A DNA stretch of 64,000 nucleotides from Paremcibacter sp. (GCA_048266545.1 JBLWZH010000014.1:7952-71951); one strand, 5' to 3'; shown: positions 1 to 9,956, counted from the stretch's first letter. The notes: a model not told the origin generated them from the sequence alone. Program-made: numbers and translations.

Positions 1-281
1 TTTTCATGGCGAACGGTTAAAGAGCCGATCAACAGCCAGAAACCGTATTTGCGCGCCAGTTCCGACAATCTGGCAAGCGCCTGATGTTCCGCCACCGGTC
101 TGGCATAGGCCGTCATGACAGCATTGTCGGGATGCAGGAAGTCACAGGCTTCCGGCAAGGCGACGAGCGTTGCGCCGGCCGCATGGGCCTTATGCATCAA
201 CGCTTCGATCTGTTCCATGTTATCCTGCAGATTTGACATGCTGCTGGTCTGCAGGCAGGAAACGGTGAATTCATGGGTCAT
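1..281 (-). CDS. carbon-nitrogen hydrolase (nitrilase superfamily), N-terminal part; the gene runs off the window edge
   Basis: Not in the ORF track because it is truncated. My translation from the ATG (complement of 279-281) is MTHEFTVSCLQTSSMSNLQDNMEQIEALMHKAHAAGATLVALPEACDFLHPD... The LVALPE block resembles the catalytic-Glu motif of CN hydrolases. It starts 10 nt after the ABC ATPase stop on the same strand. Confidence 0.6.
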   Translation of the reverse strand, partial: MTHEFTVSCLQTSSMSNLQDNMEQIEALMHKAHAAGATLVALPEACDFLHPDNAVMTAYARPVAEHQALARLSELARKYGFWLLIGSLTVRHE

Positions 282-291
282 CTGATGTCCT

Positions 292-1377
292 TTACGCCAC
301 AAACGCCAGGCAGTCTTCCGGCCGGAAGGCGACCTTCATGCTCTCGCTATCGGTCTGGAAATCGGTTTCGACACGAATTTCCTGCTCATCGCCGAGGTCA
401 ATGAAATACTGGAAACGGGCGCCAAGATATTCCCGCGCCGTGATCCTGCCTTCCAACAGATTCATGCCGTCAAGCACTGCCTCGCCCCCCGGGACGACTG
501 GCACGACATTTTCCGGTCGAACCGTCAGGGTGACGGCGGCCTCAGCGCTGACATTATTCCTTGTGCGGCACGTAACCATTCGGCTGCCCAGCGCGACAAC
601 GCAATTTTTATCCGACAGTTTTTCTTTCACGACGCCGGAAATAAAATTGCTGTTTCCGATAAAGTCGGCAACAAAGGCATTGGCCGGATGACGGTAAATA
701 TTTTCCGGCGTATCCAGTTGCACCAGTTTGCCCTTGTCCATAATGGCGATCCGGTCACTCAAGGACAGAGCCTCGGTCTGATCATGGGTCACATAAACAG
801 TGGTCAGCCCCAGTCTCTCCGTCAGGTTTTTCAGCCAGCTTCTGGCTTTGATCCGCAATTTGGCGTCGAGGTTGGACAGCGGTTCATCCAGCAATAGCAG
901 GCGTGGCTCATACACCAGCGTCCGCGCCAGGGCGACCCGCTGCTGCTGCCCGCCGGACAGCTCATGGGGGTAGCGATCGATCAACTGCTCCATCTCAACC
1001 AGTGACAGCGCCTCGAGAATCCGGGTTTCTTTCTGCGCCTTCGGAACTTTGCGAATATCCAGCGGAAAAGCCAGGTTTTGCCGAACCGTCATATGCGGCC
1101 ACAGGGCGTAGGATTGAAACACCAGTCCGCAATTGCGGTTTTCCGGCTCGACGAATTTATTGCTGTCACTGTCAAAAAACACCGTATCATCGAGGAGAAT
1201 CTTGCCTGACGTCGGATGGTCAAGACCGGCGATGGCGAACAAGGTCGTCGACTTGCCGCAGCCCGAAGGCCCGAGCAGGGTGAGAAATTCCCCGTCCTCT
1301 ACGGTAATATTGACATTGTCGACCGCCTTGACATCGCCGAAATGTTTGCAAAATTTATCAAGTATCAATTTAGCCAT
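292..1377 (-). CDS. ABC transporter ATP-binding protein (PotA/FbpC/MalK-like, with C-terminal regulatory domain)
   Basis: Walker A GPSGCGKST, signature LSGGQQQR, Walker B LLLLDEP, H-loop VTHD. Overlaps the permease gene by 8 nt. Confidence 0.93.
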   Translation of the reverse strand: MAKLILDKFCKHFGDVKAVDNVNITVEDGEFLTLLGPSGCGKSTTLFAIAGLDHPTSGKILLDDTVFFDSDSNKFVEPENRNCGLVFQSYALWPHMTVRQNLAFPLDIRKVPKAQKETRILEALSLVEMEQLIDRYPHELSGGQQQRVALARTLVYEPRLLLLDEPLSNLDAKLRIKARSWLKNLTERLGLTTVYVTHDQTEALSLSDRIAIMDKGKLVQLDTPENIYRHPANAFVADFIGNSNFISGVVKEKLSDKNCVVALGSRMVTCRTRNNVSAEAAVTLTVRPENVVPVVPGGEAVLDGMNLLEGRITAREYLGARFQYFIDLGDEQEIRVETDFQTDSESMKVAFRPEDCLAFVA

Positions 1378-3118
1378 AAGTTTTTACTCCCAGAATCTTA
1401 CGGGCGAGCGTTACAAAAATAATCGTGATGCCGATCTGAATGACCGCGAGCGCGGCAACGGCGCCGGTGTTGCCATTGCCCCAGAAGGACAACATGGTGG
1501 TGCCGATAATCTCACTGCCCGGCGCAAACAGGAAGGCCGCCGAGGCATATTCCTTGAGGAAGGACAGGAACAACAAAACATAAGCGCCAAACACCGCCGG
1601 TTTCAGCAGAGGCAATATGACAACGCGGGTTGTCGTCCACCAATCGGCGCCGACCGTACGGGAACTTTGATCCAGATCCTTTGCGATTTGCATCAGCATC
1701 GGCGAGATGGCGCCAAATGCGGTCGGGATCGTCCGCATGGTAAAGGCCAGAATGAGGATCCAGACGGTGCCATACAACGGGTTCATAAAGGGAAACATCA
1801 GCATGGCCCAGAAGAACCCGATCCCCGCCACGATGCCCGGCACCGCCCGCGGATAAAGGGCGACAAATTCCATTTGCTTGCGGAACCGGAAACCTGATCG
1901 GTGAATAACCACCGTGATCAAGGTGACGAGGGAGACCGCCATGGCCGCCCCGACGCCGGCAATGAAAATACTGTTGGTGATCGAACGGGTATAGGCGTCA
2001 TATTTAAAGATCAGGGCGAAATGGTCCCATGTGAACAGCTCCCACGGGGGCAGCAACGGCGTCAGGAATGTAGTGACCGAGCGCAATATCACGCCGCCCA
2101 AAACAATACCCAGCGTTAAAAAGAAGTATGTCGACAACAGAATGGACAAGGGCCAGCGATATTTGCCAAGATCAAACAGTTTCCGGCGCGTCGCCTTGCC
2201 CTTGACCGAGATAAAGCGATCCGCCTTGCGCAACAGCAATCTTTGCAGAAGAATAAGCACCGTGATCAGGGCCAAAAGGAACACGGCCGCCGCCCCGATC
2301 AAGCCATAGTCCGGATTGGTCTTGCCAATACCCTCTATATAAAGAAAGGTGGTGAAAAAATCGAGCCCTGCCGGCGATCCGAAGATCAGGGGAACCGACA
2401 ACATTTCCAGCGCCCCGATAAAATTCAGCATCGCGCTATAGATAATCGCCGGCCGCAACAGCGGGATGGTCACCTTCCAGATCACGGTGAACGGTCCCGC
2501 CCCAATGGTTCTGGCGGCATCCTCCAGGGAAGCATCCGCGACCCGCGCCGAACTGGAACAGAAAAGATGCACCATCGGCGCTTGGGCCGCGCCGGCAACC
2601 ACGGCCATACCCAGGATTGTGTAAAGATTCCAGGGTTCGACCTCAAACCAGCTGCGAAACAGCATGGTCACATAACCGGACGGGCCATACATCAGGAACC
2701 AGCCGAAAGCCAGAACCAGATGAGAAACATACATCGGCCACAGCACAAGCTCGCCCAGTGTCTTCTTGCCCGGCAGATTCGTCCGCCCCAGCAGAATGGA
2801 GGTTGTCACCCCGACCAGCAGAGCGATCACTGTTGTGCCCGCCGCCAGCAGTAATGAATTATTCAACGCCCGATAAAATTTTTCATTGCTGAAAAGACTT
2901 GAAAAATTATCCAGCGTGAACAGATTGACATCTTCATAAAGCGGTTCGCCCAAAAACGACTGAAACAAAATCGGCGCTAGGGGAGCGGCCACCAGGACCA
3001 GCGCAACGATCCCCATGCCATATTGAATCATGACCGAACGTTTCAGAATAGTATTAAAACCATCACCTCCACCGGAACGGTTTATGGCGTCCGTGTCTGC
3101 CATTTTTAACCTCCACAT
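1370..3118 (-). CDS. ABC transporter permease, fused double-domain (FbpB / iron(III)-type or 2-aminoethylphosphonate-type)
   Basis: 582 aa, strongly hydrophobic, with two tandem permease halves, as in Fbp-like importers. Confidence 0.85.
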   Translation of the reverse strand: MWRLKMADTDAINRSGGGDGFNTILKRSVMIQYGMGIVALVLVAAPLAPILFQSFLGEPLYEDVNLFTLDNFSSLFSNEKFYRALNNSLLLAAGTTVIALLVGVTTSILLGRTNLPGKKTLGELVLWPMYVSHLVLAFGWFLMYGPSGYVTMLFRSWFEVEPWNLYTILGMAVVAGAAQAPMVHLFCSSSARVADASLEDAARTIGAGPFTVIWKVTIPLLRPAIIYSAMLNFIGALEMLSVPLIFGSPAGLDFFTTFLYIEGIGKTNPDYGLIGAAAVFLLALITVLILLQRLLLRKADRFISVKGKATRRKLFDLGKYRWPLSILLSTYFFLTLGIVLGGVILRSVTTFLTPLLPPWELFTWDHFALIFKYDAYTRSITNSIFIAGVGAAMAVSLVTLITVVIHRSGFRFRKQMEFVALYPRAVPGIVAGIGFFWAMLMFPFMNPLYGTVWILILAFTMRTIPTAFGAISPMLMQIAKDLDQSSRTVGADWWTTTRVVILPLLKPAVFGAYVLLFLSFLKEYASAAFLFAPGSEIIGTTMLSFWGNGNTGAVAALAVIQIGITIIFVTLARKILGVKTYG

Positions 3119-3140
3119 TCATACCTGTAATTATAACTTG

Positions 3141-3156
3141 AAAAATAGTAGCCAAT
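3141..3156 (-). promoter_or_regulatory. shared island motif copy 1 (reads ATTGGCTACTATTTTT toward the permease gene)
   Basis: AAAAATAGTAGCCAAT on the + strand, identical to 7754-7769. Lies 22 nt upstream of the permease ATG, in the SBP-permease gap. Confidence 0.5.
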
Positions 3157-3242
3157 TTTTACGCCATTTACAATAACAAAAGACCGGCAGCGTAATTTTT
3201 CACACTGTCGGCCTTCATTTCACGCAACAGAATTTGGGCGAC

Positions 3243-4361
3243 CTAGTCTTTCAGGCGGTAATATTTTTTCCATTTCTTAAGGAATGCTTCAGATTCCGCC
3301 AGAATTTCCCGGTCATATCCGATGGGGATAATATTTTCCACACCCACCTTCTCCACGATATCCGCATAGGTCAGATAGGGCACTTCCCCTTGCTTCACAT
3401 CCATCCGATAGGGTGTAAGCCCGCCCTTGCCGACGGCAACCTGACCCTCATGGGACAGGATGAAATTCATCATCAGTTTTGCGGAAGCCGGACTGCTCGC
3501 CCCCTTCGTCACACCCATCCCCCGAACAAACAGAGGCGTGCCATCCTTGATCAGGCTCCACCCCAACACCTTATCCTTGCCCGGCTGGTGCATATGGGGG
3601 AAAATTGTAATGCCCGAGACAAAATAACTGGCCAGATACTCCCCGGCCGCAACCTTGTCTCCCATAACCGCGCCGCCGTTTTCCAACCGGCTGATGCTGC
3701 CCAGTTCTTCAAAAAGCTCATCACTCTCATCGCCAAAATGCTTATCAAGATACCAGTGTATCGCCAAACCGAAGGAATGACTGGTGGCGTTATAAGTGGC
3801 GATTTTATTCTTGAATCGCTTCTCTTCCGACCACTCGGCGAGGTCGTCCAACTCATCGGGCCACTCATCTTCATCGAGCAGCATTTTGTTATAGATAATG
3901 ATCATCGGGTCCGTGGAAATGGCGTAAAGTCCCGGAAAAGGCTTGGACCATTCCGGCAAATCCTGCCCCAGGGGCGACTGATAGGGCAACAAGCCGCCCT
4001 TGTCCACAAAGCGCAACCAGGCGTCCGGCGCCCCCGTCACCACCATATCCGCCGTCCGCCGGTTCACCGACCGTTCCGAATAATAGCGTTCAAATGTCGC
4101 GGAAGGTCCCATATCGATGGTTTCCACTTTGAGAGCCATCCAAGGGTATTTTTTCTTGAATTCCTCGAGAATATAAACCCAGTTATATTCCGCAATATTG
4201 GAATAGACAAGCAGGCCAATCTCTTCCTTGGACGCCGCTATCAGGGCTTTATGCTCCGCCGAATTTTCATAGCCTTCATCCTGCGCCGACACTGTCGCCG
4301 ACATCGAGAGAAGCCCCCCGAGCATCATCAACGCAATTACTATTTTTCTCACTACATCCAT
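3243..4361 (-). CDS. ABC transporter periplasmic substrate-binding protein (family 1, Fe(III)/polyamine-like)
   Basis: Start moved to MDVVRKIVIALMMLGGLLSMSATVSAQ (signal peptide), with AAGGAAA SD upstream. The ORF-track start at 4412 would overlap the PepSY gene. Confidence 0.85.
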   Translation of the reverse strand: MDVVRKIVIALMMLGGLLSMSATVSAQDEGYENSAEHKALIAASKEEIGLLVYSNIAEYNWVYILEEFKKKYPWMALKVETIDMGPSATFERYYSERSVNRRTADMVVTGAPDAWLRFVDKGGLLPYQSPLGQDLPEWSKPFPGLYAISTDPMIIIYNKMLLDEDEWPDELDDLAEWSEEKRFKNKIATYNATSHSFGLAIHWYLDKHFGDESDELFEELGSISRLENGGAVMGDKVAAGEYLASYFVSGITIFPHMHQPGKDKVLGWSLIKDGTPLFVRGMGVTKGASSPASAKLMMNFILSHEGQVAVGKGGLTPYRMDVKQGEVPYLTYADIVEKVGVENIIPIGYDREILAESEAFLKKWKKYYRLKD

Positions 4362-4362
4362 C

Positions 4363-5460
4363 TTAATTTCCTTTCTTGCTATTTCTTTTCGTCCACCAGA
4401 GCCAAACGCCAAAAAAGCTGATCAGCATCAGTCCGGCGCCAAGTATTATCATCGTCACAAACCTGACCGGCCCCAGAACCTGCCCCGTATGAACGGGATA
4501 CATCCAGTTCATAAAAGCTTCCCCCGGGCCCTCGGATTTTACACTTTCCACCGAAAGCAACTTTGGGCCAGCCAGATCAATCCGGACTTTGGTCACCGCC
4601 TTTGGCCTGATAGCATCCGGCGCATAATAAAGGGCTGTCGCCTCCGTCACCGATTGATTAAAACGCAGATCCTTCATTCCGTCATGGGGCAGTTGACTTC
4701 CCAGGCAGCCCATAAAGTCATCCAACCCCGCCCTTTCATTGCAAACCACCGCTGTTATCGGTTCATCAGCAACCGGCCTTTTCCCGTTTATGTTCAGAAG
4801 ATCCATAACCGCCACCCGGTAAATCATCAGCATGCCACTAACCGCGAGGACGATCAGGAACAGGGACAGCAGCACACCAAAAACCCGGTGCAGGTCATAA
4901 AGCATCAAACGCCGGGAACCCTTCAGGTTAATCGTAAAAGGCCGCTTTTTATAACCCGGCCACCAGAGATAAATCCCCGACAGAGACCAGAGCGCCAAAA
5001 AACCGCCCAGAAGCCCGACCAGGTTTCGGCCACTGCCCGCCATCAGGATATGATCATGAAAGTCAAATAATCCGTCCGGCAATTTCGCCATTCCCGTCAG
5101 CGGAACAAAACGCCCGTCCCGGGGTTGGTAGACCGCCTTGAGCCCCTCTCCCGTCACGCCATGCCGCAGACTCGCAACATAATGCGCATTATCTTCCGAC
5201 GGATAAGCCAAACGCGTCAGACGATGCGCCGGATAGACCCGGGTCAGTTGATCAAGCATCCGCTCCAGCGAAAAAGAGCCGTCGTAGACTTCCGGTTCCG
5301 GATAGAGCATTGACATCACCTGCGGCTTGTACAGCAGGGTGACGCCGCTTAATACCTGCAGCATCAGCCATCCCCCGAAAAGCAACCCGCCCCACCGGTG
5401 TATCCTGACAACCATTTTACGCATGCCATACCTGTACCGTTGGGAGAGCGGCCCGCCCAA
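4363..5460 (-). CDS. PepSY-associated TM-helix protein (PiuB-like)
   Basis: Multi-TM protein beginning RIHRWGGLLFGGWLMLQVLSG, with C-terminal WMYPVHTGQ. This is typical of PepSY_TM proteins next to TonB-dependent receptors. The true start may be Met13 (5424). The stop is 1 nt from the SBP ATG. Confidence 0.8.
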   Translation of the reverse strand: MGGPLSQRYRYGMRKMVVRIHRWGGLLFGGWLMLQVLSGVTLLYKPQVMSMLYPEPEVYDGSFSLERMLDQLTRVYPAHRLTRLAYPSEDNAHYVASLRHGVTGEGLKAVYQPRDGRFVPLTGMAKLPDGLFDFHDHILMAGSGRNLVGLLGGFLALWSLSGIYLWWPGYKKRPFTINLKGSRRLMLYDLHRVFGVLLSLFLIVLAVSGMLMIYRVAVMDLLNINGKRPVADEPITAVVCNERAGLDDFMGCLGSQLPHDGMKDLRFNQSVTEATALYYAPDAIRPKAVTKVRIDLAGPKLLSVESVKSEGPGEAFMNWMYPVHTGQVLGPVRFVTMIILGAGLMLISFFGVWLWWTKRNSKKGN

Positions 5461-5515
5461 TAGATGCTGGGCAGGCCGGACCCTGTTGGGTCAGACGCCG
5501 AAAAAGTCTTCCGGC

Positions 5516-7684
5516 CTAATATTCAACTCGATATCTGATCGTAGCCGTCGCGCCCGGGGCTTTCGAAAAACGATTATTTTGCTGAGCCGATTCCGAGATA
5601 CTGGTGAAATAATCTGTGTTCAGCAGATTATTGACACCGAGAATCAGGGTTCCCGGCCCCACTTTACCCTGCGCACTGACATCCATCAGGAACCAGGGAT
5701 GCAGATGCCCTTCCCAGAAACTGGTGCTGCCGGGAAATTTATTCCGTTCTCCGGAATGCAGACCCTGCAGCCGCAGCGTCCAGTCCTGTGAGAAATCATG
5801 TTCCACATACATGGTGATTATTCTCGGCGGAATACGGCGGTTTTGCAATGGTTTTTCAAATTCGCCATCCGCATTCCCATCGGCCCTGCCCTCAATCCAG
5901 GCCAAGGAGCCCCCGGCCCGCCAGTCGTCCGTTATATCCGCGTCAACCGTCACCTCGAAGCCATAAACCTTGTCCGCCGATCGTGACGTCAGCGCCACAT
6001 TGGGGTTATCCGGATCGGCTTTGAACGAAAGGCCGTTGGAGGATCTGGTTTCAAAAACCGAGAAACTGGCGGAAATACCGCTCCAGTTGCCGCGAACCCC
6101 TGCTTCGTAGCTGTCAATCAGGTTGGGTTCAGGCTGCAAAACGGTGACATCCACATGCTCGGGCCAGCTTCTTAATTCACGCCCGACGCCGGTAATCTGA
6201 AAGCCCTGGGAAAATCCGGCGAACAAGTTGATATTTTCCGATACGTCATAGGTTACCCCGATATTCACCGGCGTCGCATCATATTTCAACGTACCGCCCG
6301 TAATGCGGGACAATTCGCGATCTTCATCCGCCCCGCCGAGGGTGGAAGTGGCGAAGGTCAGCAATGAGGTAAAATCATCCAACTCGAGGGAGGACCATTC
6401 ATGACGCACACCCGCCGTCACCGTCACCTTTTCCAGAATGCTGAACCGCAACTGGGCGAAAACCGCCTTGCTGTCCAGTTTCTGATTTGGCGCAAAGGTC
6501 CGGCCATCAACCAGGCCAGCGAGGGTCTTGTCATTCAGGTAGTCAAACCCCCAAAGCAACTCCGATCCCTCGCTGAGAAACGCCAGCGGGGTGTGAAGAT
6601 CAAGCCGGGCGCCGTATTTTTCAGAACTCGTGTCAGACTGGCCGTCCGGCTTGTCCGTTTTGGTGAAACGGCCAAACTCCATGCCAAATATGCTTTTTGA
6701 CTTCTGATAATACACGCTGCTTCTCAGGCCGGTTCCGAAAATATCAGGGTGAGAGTAACTGGCGCTTGCCAGCCAGTTTTCATGAAACTGGCTCGCCTCT
6801 TCCGCATCACCGGCGTCTTTAAGGATGGCCGTCGCCTTTATGCGCTCGGCCACATTGCCCGGTGATAATTTGTAATCCGTATCCTGTTCCTGGTGATAGT
6901 GGTTGACATTGACCTCAAAGCGCCCCTCGCCCGCATCAACGCCGACCCGGCCGTAAACACTATATATGTCTGAATCCGCCAGACCACTGAACCCGTTGGG
7001 GATCGGCGCGATGCGGTCGCCGTCAGCATCGAAGAAACCGCCGGTCTTTTCATAATATCCAACCACCCGATAATCAATATTGTCGCTGCCGCCACTGAAA
7101 GACTGGCGAATAGACGGGCGAAAGCCGTCGCCCAGGCTGGTGACGGAAAATTGCGTGCCGACTTCCGTCGTCATCTTCAAAGGCCCCTTTTCCCCGGGCC
7201 CCGTGATATAATTGATAAAGCCGGCGCCGGCGCTGTTGCCAAACAGGGCGGAAGACCCACGCACCACTTCAATCCGTTCAATCACGGAGGGATCAATCAT
7301 GCGCAGCTCCCGTCCGACATCGTTCAGCGTCGGCGTAATCGGAATACCATCTATAAAGACAACCGGCTTACGCCCCCGAAGAGAGGTCTGAATATTGGCC
7401 GGAGAGGCTGATGACGTGCCCATGCCTGGCACCAGTTGCCCCAGAATAGCCCCAAGGTCCGACGTCACCGCCAGTTGACTCTGCAAATCATCCTGACTGA
7501 TCAGGGTGACGGAGCCCGGCATGGACTGGATCGATGCCGGAAGGCGCGACCCGCTTACCACAATCTCCTCCAGGGTGAGGCCCCTGTCCTCACTGCCCGC
7601 CTCTTCTTCCGCCAGAGCCGGCGCTCCGGTCAAACCGATCAGGGCTGTCCCGACCATTAGCTTTTTTATACTGTCTGCATACAT
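5516..7684 (-). CDS. TonB-dependent outer-membrane receptor
   Basis: Signal peptide, TonB-box/plug region (LEEIVVSGSR..., IERIEVVRGSSALFG) and a C-terminal beta-barrel ending ...ATATIRYRVEY. Confidence 0.93.
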   Translation of the reverse strand: MYADSIKKLMVGTALIGLTGAPALAEEEAGSEDRGLTLEEIVVSGSRLPASIQSMPGSVTLISQDDLQSQLAVTSDLGAILGQLVPGMGTSSASPANIQTSLRGRKPVVFIDGIPITPTLNDVGRELRMIDPSVIERIEVVRGSSALFGNSAGAGFINYITGPGEKGPLKMTTEVGTQFSVTSLGDGFRPSIRQSFSGGSDNIDYRVVGYYEKTGGFFDADGDRIAPIPNGFSGLADSDIYSVYGRVGVDAGEGRFEVNVNHYHQEQDTDYKLSPGNVAERIKATAILKDAGDAEEASQFHENWLASASYSHPDIFGTGLRSSVYYQKSKSIFGMEFGRFTKTDKPDGQSDTSSEKYGARLDLHTPLAFLSEGSELLWGFDYLNDKTLAGLVDGRTFAPNQKLDSKAVFAQLRFSILEKVTVTAGVRHEWSSLELDDFTSLLTFATSTLGGADEDRELSRITGGTLKYDATPVNIGVTYDVSENINLFAGFSQGFQITGVGRELRSWPEHVDVTVLQPEPNLIDSYEAGVRGNWSGISASFSVFETRSSNGLSFKADPDNPNVALTSRSADKVYGFEVTVDADITDDWRAGGSLAWIEGRADGNADGEFEKPLQNRRIPPRIITMYVEHDFSQDWTLRLQGLHSGERNKFPGSTSFWEGHLHPWFLMDVSAQGKVGPGTLILGVNNLLNTDYFTSISESAQQNNRFSKAPGATATIRYRVEY

Positions 7685-7753
7685 TTATGATACTCCCATT
7701 GGGTTTTATCTGAATCATTGCCACCAAGGCGACAAATTAATTATTATTGGCTT

Positions 7754-7769
7754 AAAAATAGTAGCCAAT
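7754..7769 (-). promoter_or_regulatory. shared island motif copy 2, extended into the inverted repeat ATTGGCT-N10-AGCCAAT (7746-7769)
   Basis: AAAAATAGTAGCCAAT, about 70 nt upstream of the TonB-receptor ATG. Confidence 0.5.
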
Positions 7770-7950
7770 ATATTTTCTGGTTTCAAGTGTTAAATAATTT
7801 AATATAAATCACCTGTTATAATTTTATTGTTATTTATCAATGGATTTTGCATTCTTAATATTGATTATTACTTACATTATTTTATACTTTAACGCAAGAA
7901 AAATAAAAATGTCCCCATTTTTGATAATAAATATTGTAATTTTTGCTTAA

Positions 7951-7965
7951 ATTGGCGACTATTTT
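7951..7965 (+). promoter_or_regulatory. shared island motif copy 3 (ATTGGCGACTATTTT, one mismatch)
   Basis: About 83 nt upstream of the GTG start at 8049. Confidence 0.45.
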
Positions 7966-8048
7966 AACTGATTCGTTTTTATCTATGTTTTATGAAAAAG
8001 CATAAATAAGAAAACATATGATAACCATTCAGGCAGGAGCCCTATATC

Positions 8049-8879
8049 GTGACGACATCTTCCCCGTCTGTGAAATTGACCGGATATGATCTCGGAAAAT
8101 CAGCAACATTCGCCTTGAAAAGCGATCAAAGATTTTCTTATTGCACCTTTACGCCAGCCTCATACCGGCCAGGTCAGGACAACAACCATCAGCTTCTGGT
8201 CCTGATCCATGGCTCGGACCGCAGCAATCAGGCTCTGCGGGATTATTTTACGGATTTTGCCGAACAGCATAATTGTATTCTGCTGGCGCCCCTGTTCCCC
8301 TGCGCTATCGAAGATTCAGATGATCGGGACAATTATAAATATATCGCGTATAAGGGCATCCGCTTCGACCGGATTCTCATGTCTATGATCGATGAAATTT
8401 CGACCAAATATCGCATGTTCTGGCCAAAATTCAGCATGTTCGGCTTTTCCGGCGGAGCCCATTTCGCCCACCGCTTCCTGTTGCTGCATCCCCATAGATT
8501 GACGGCTGTCTCCGTCGCCGCGCCCGGGTCCGTCACCCGGATTGATGACAGCCGCGACTGGTGGGTCGGGACAAAAAACATGGAGCAGTTGTTTGGCGTC
8601 AAAATCGATCTCAACCAGTTACGCAAGCCGCAGGTTCATCTTTGTGTCGGCGATCAGGACCTCGATACCAGCGCCATCAGCCACAAACCCGGCAGCCCCC
8701 ACTGGATGGAAGGCGCCAATAACGCCGGAGTCACGCGCGTCGACCGGCTGCACAGCCTGTACCGGAATTTTCGCGGCCATGGCATGAAGGTTTCCCTGGA
8801 ACTGGCTGCAGGCAAGAATCATGACACCGACGCCATGAGCGATTGCGCGATGAGGTTTCTGGCCGAATCTTTCAAATAA
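8049..8879 (+). CDS. alpha/beta hydrolase (esterase/depolymerase-like), cytoplasmic
   Basis: GTG start with AGGAG upstream. Nucleophile elbow GFSGGAH and an HGSDRS oxyanion-type block. No signal peptide. Confidence 0.7.
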   Translation: MTTSSPSVKLTGYDLGKSATFALKSDQRFSYCTFTPASYRPGQDNNHQLLVLIHGSDRSNQALRDYFTDFAEQHNCILLAPLFPCAIEDSDDRDNYKYIAYKGIRFDRILMSMIDEISTKYRMFWPKFSMFGFSGGAHFAHRFLLLHPHRLTAVSVAAPGSVTRIDDSRDWWVGTKNMEQLFGVKIDLNQLRKPQVHLCVGDQDLDTSAISHKPGSPHWMEGANNAGVTRVDRLHSLYRNFRGHGMKVSLELAAGKNHDTDAMSDCAMRFLAESFK

Positions 8880-8894
8880 TCCCCCCGGACTATA

Positions 8895-8936
8895 GGCTGC
8901 AACCGGACCCCATTCCCCGGATTGCAGCCATTTTTT
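8895..8936 (+). terminator. rho-independent terminator between convergent hydrolase genes
   Basis: GGCTGCAACCGG...CCGGATTGCAGCC stem followed by ATTTTTTAT. Confidence 0.6.
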
Positions 8937-8947
8937 ATCAGGAAATT

Positions 8948-9832
8948 TTATCCTGAATGCTTATCCAGAAATTCTTCCAGTATCTCAAAATAAGCCGCCG
9001 GTTCTTCGAAGAACGGCATATGGGAGGAATTGGGAAAAACATGAATTTCAGAATCGGTCAACGCCTGATGCATGCGCAGGGAACAGGCCGGGGTCAATTC
9101 GTCATACTGCCCGACAAGCACCAGGGCCGGCACCGGGATATTCGGCATATCCGGCACCCTGTTCCAGTCTTTCATATTGCCGGTATAGGTAAATTCATTC
9201 GGCCCCTGCATGGTTTCATAAGGCCCCATATTCCAGTCTGACAGCGACCTGTTCAACGCGTCCGGCCATTGACCGAGACGGCAGACATGACGATAATTCA
9301 ACAGGGTGATCGCGGCCTGATATTCCGGATGATCCAGGCTGCCCATCGCCTCATGGCGGTGCATCATGGTGACGGTTTCCGGACCCAGCGCGCCGCGCAA
9401 CCGGTTTAGCTCTCCCACCAGGTGCGGAATATCGGCCGCGCCATCCGCCAGGATCAGGGACTTCAGGTTTTCCGGGTAAGTCAGCGCATATTCTATGCCA
9501 AGCCATGTTCCCCAGGACTGGCCGAGAAAATGCACCCTGCCCAGCCCAAGCGCCTGGCGTATCTGTTCAGCCTCTTCCACATATCGTCCGACCGTCCAGA
9601 GGCGCGCATCCTCCGGACGGTCGGACGCCCCGCAGCCCAACTGGTCCCAGGCCACGACCCGGTAGCCCTTTTGTGACAATACCGAATGGCTGTCACGCAA
9701 ATAATCGCAGGGCAATCCCGGTCCGCCATTGGCGCAGAATAGCACCTTATCGCCAGAGCCAAAACTGTAGGCCACGACATCATACCCTTCCTGAAGGCGG
9801 ATTTTTTCTGTGTGATCGGGTTCAAGTTCCAT
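8948..9832 (-). CDS. proline iminopeptidase-family alpha/beta hydrolase
   Basis: NGGPG oxyanion block, GQSWGTWLG nucleophile elbow, C-terminal His region (NSSHMPFFE). Confidence 0.8.
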   Translation of the reverse strand: MELEPDHTEKIRLQEGYDVVAYSFGSGDKVLFCANGGPGLPCDYLRDSHSVLSQKGYRVVAWDQLGCGASDRPEDARLWTVGRYVEEAEQIRQALGLGRVHFLGQSWGTWLGIEYALTYPENLKSLILADGAADIPHLVGELNRLRGALGPETVTMMHRHEAMGSLDHPEYQAAITLLNYRHVCRLGQWPDALNRSLSDWNMGPYETMQGPNEFTYTGNMKDWNRVPDMPNIPVPALVLVGQYDELTPACSLRMHQALTDSEIHVFPNSSHMPFFEEPAAYFEILEEFLDKHSG

Positions 9833-9956
9833 GTTTTTTTCCTTTTCCGTGATCAGAATGCATATTTACAATTGGATAGTTATGTTACGCGTTGTAAAAG
9901 CTGGATAATTTCTGCGAATAATGATATAAACCACTATACCACAAATTATAAATTAT

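Noticed and set aside
3234-4421. 395-aa ORF on the + strand
   Set aside because: It is exactly antisense to the substrate-binding protein gene. Its sequence is Arg/Gly/Pro/His-rich with no recognisable motifs, while the opposite frame has a signal peptide, an SD and family features. This is a typical GC-driven shadow ORF.
7685-8048. Fur/iron box upstream of the TonB-dependent receptor
   Set aside because: Only loose AT-rich resemblance (for example GATAATAAATATTGTAAT) in DNA that is AT-rich throughout. It cannot be distinguished from background by eye.
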